This document shows, piece by piece, positions 61,062-61,359 of a stretch of 61,359 nt of DNA. The position numbers were made by a program, and so were the translations under genes. Each line of letters begins with the position of its first letter. Positions within the stretch are counted from its first letter, which is position 1. The notes beneath the pieces were generated by a model. It searched no databases. It saw only the letters and a list, made by a program, of their open reading frames with translations, and was not told where the DNA came from. Origin of the DNA: an uncultured Bacteroidota bacterium (GTDB taxonomy: Bacteria > Bacteroidota > Bacteroidia > Bacteroidales > GWA2-32-17); assembly GCA_903872185.1 (NCBI GenBank), contig CAIQJL010000375.1, forward strand, positions 1 through 61,359, read 5' to 3'.

Positions 61062-61108
61062 AAATAAAATATTATTAAATATTAGAGATAACTCTAACAT
61101 TCGCAATG

Positions 61109-61116
61109 CAAAAATA
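61109..61116 (-). promoter_or_regulatory. Candidate -7 element (TATTTTTG) for xdhAB
   Basis: TAnnTTTG match between the upstream terminator and the REP. Confidence 0.4.
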
Positions 61117-61200
61117 CAACATTTTCTATGCTTTTATCTTACAGAAAATTATTCGTTAAACATGTATTTTAGAAAAATTGAACTCTCTTTGTTTTTATAC

Positions 61201-61231
61201 AAAAAAAGGCTGCTCATAACGAGCAGCCTTT
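61201..61231 (-). terminator. Rho-independent terminator
   Basis: AAAGGCTGCTC-ataac-GAGCAGCCTTT with a T7 run on the - strand. Confidence 0.85.
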
Positions 61232-61253
61232 CCATTTTAATTTATTTGACGTA

Positions 61254-61359
61254 TTATTTTACAACCAATTTTTGTGTTGTAACACCAGTAGTCGAATTAA
61301 TTTTTACAATGTAAATTCCTTTATTGTAGTTTTCAACATTTAATAAAGTGTTTTGTGAG
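61254..61359 (-). CDS. 3' end of a T9SS type A sorting-domain protein (partial)
   Basis: Translates ...SQNTLLNVENYNKGIYIVKINSTTGVTTQKLVVK*, with the G.Y.V and K.V CTD pattern. Confidence 0.8.
   Translation of the reverse strand, partial: SQNTLLNVENYNKGIYIVKINSTTGVTTQKLVVK

Overview
AT-rich (roughly 30% GC by eye) chromosomal segment of a Bacteroidota bacterium. The assignment rests on TAnnTTTG promoters, gldF-gldG-(DUF4340)-dnaN synteny, T9SS C-terminal sorting domains and PD40/OmpA proteins. The left half (1-28.5 kb) is mostly housekeeping: FAH-family protein, DEDDh exonuclease, dnaN, gldFG, tig-clpP-clpX, tRNA-Leu(TAG), gamma-CA, ClC channel and glyA. It also holds an odd signalling pair, an output-less multi-PAS membrane protein next to a hybrid kinase with a degenerate H-box. 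The right half holds a split, convergent anaerobic purine/urate catabolism cluster. Its + arm has ygfK, a single-chain Se-type Mo hydroxylase, ssnA, a cupin and hydA/hyuA; its - arm has xdhA-xdhB, ygeY and ygeW. The expected ygeX is absent and two other fold-type-II PLP enzymes sit in the cluster. Between the arms are an RND pump, an amber-interrupted M28 peptidase, two lipoproteins and a kinase. The intergenic spaces carry many GTCAT...ATGAC REP-like palindromes, several visibly nested inside one another. No transposase, CRISPR array or rRNA was seen. All calls come from motif recognition by eye; no database searches were run.
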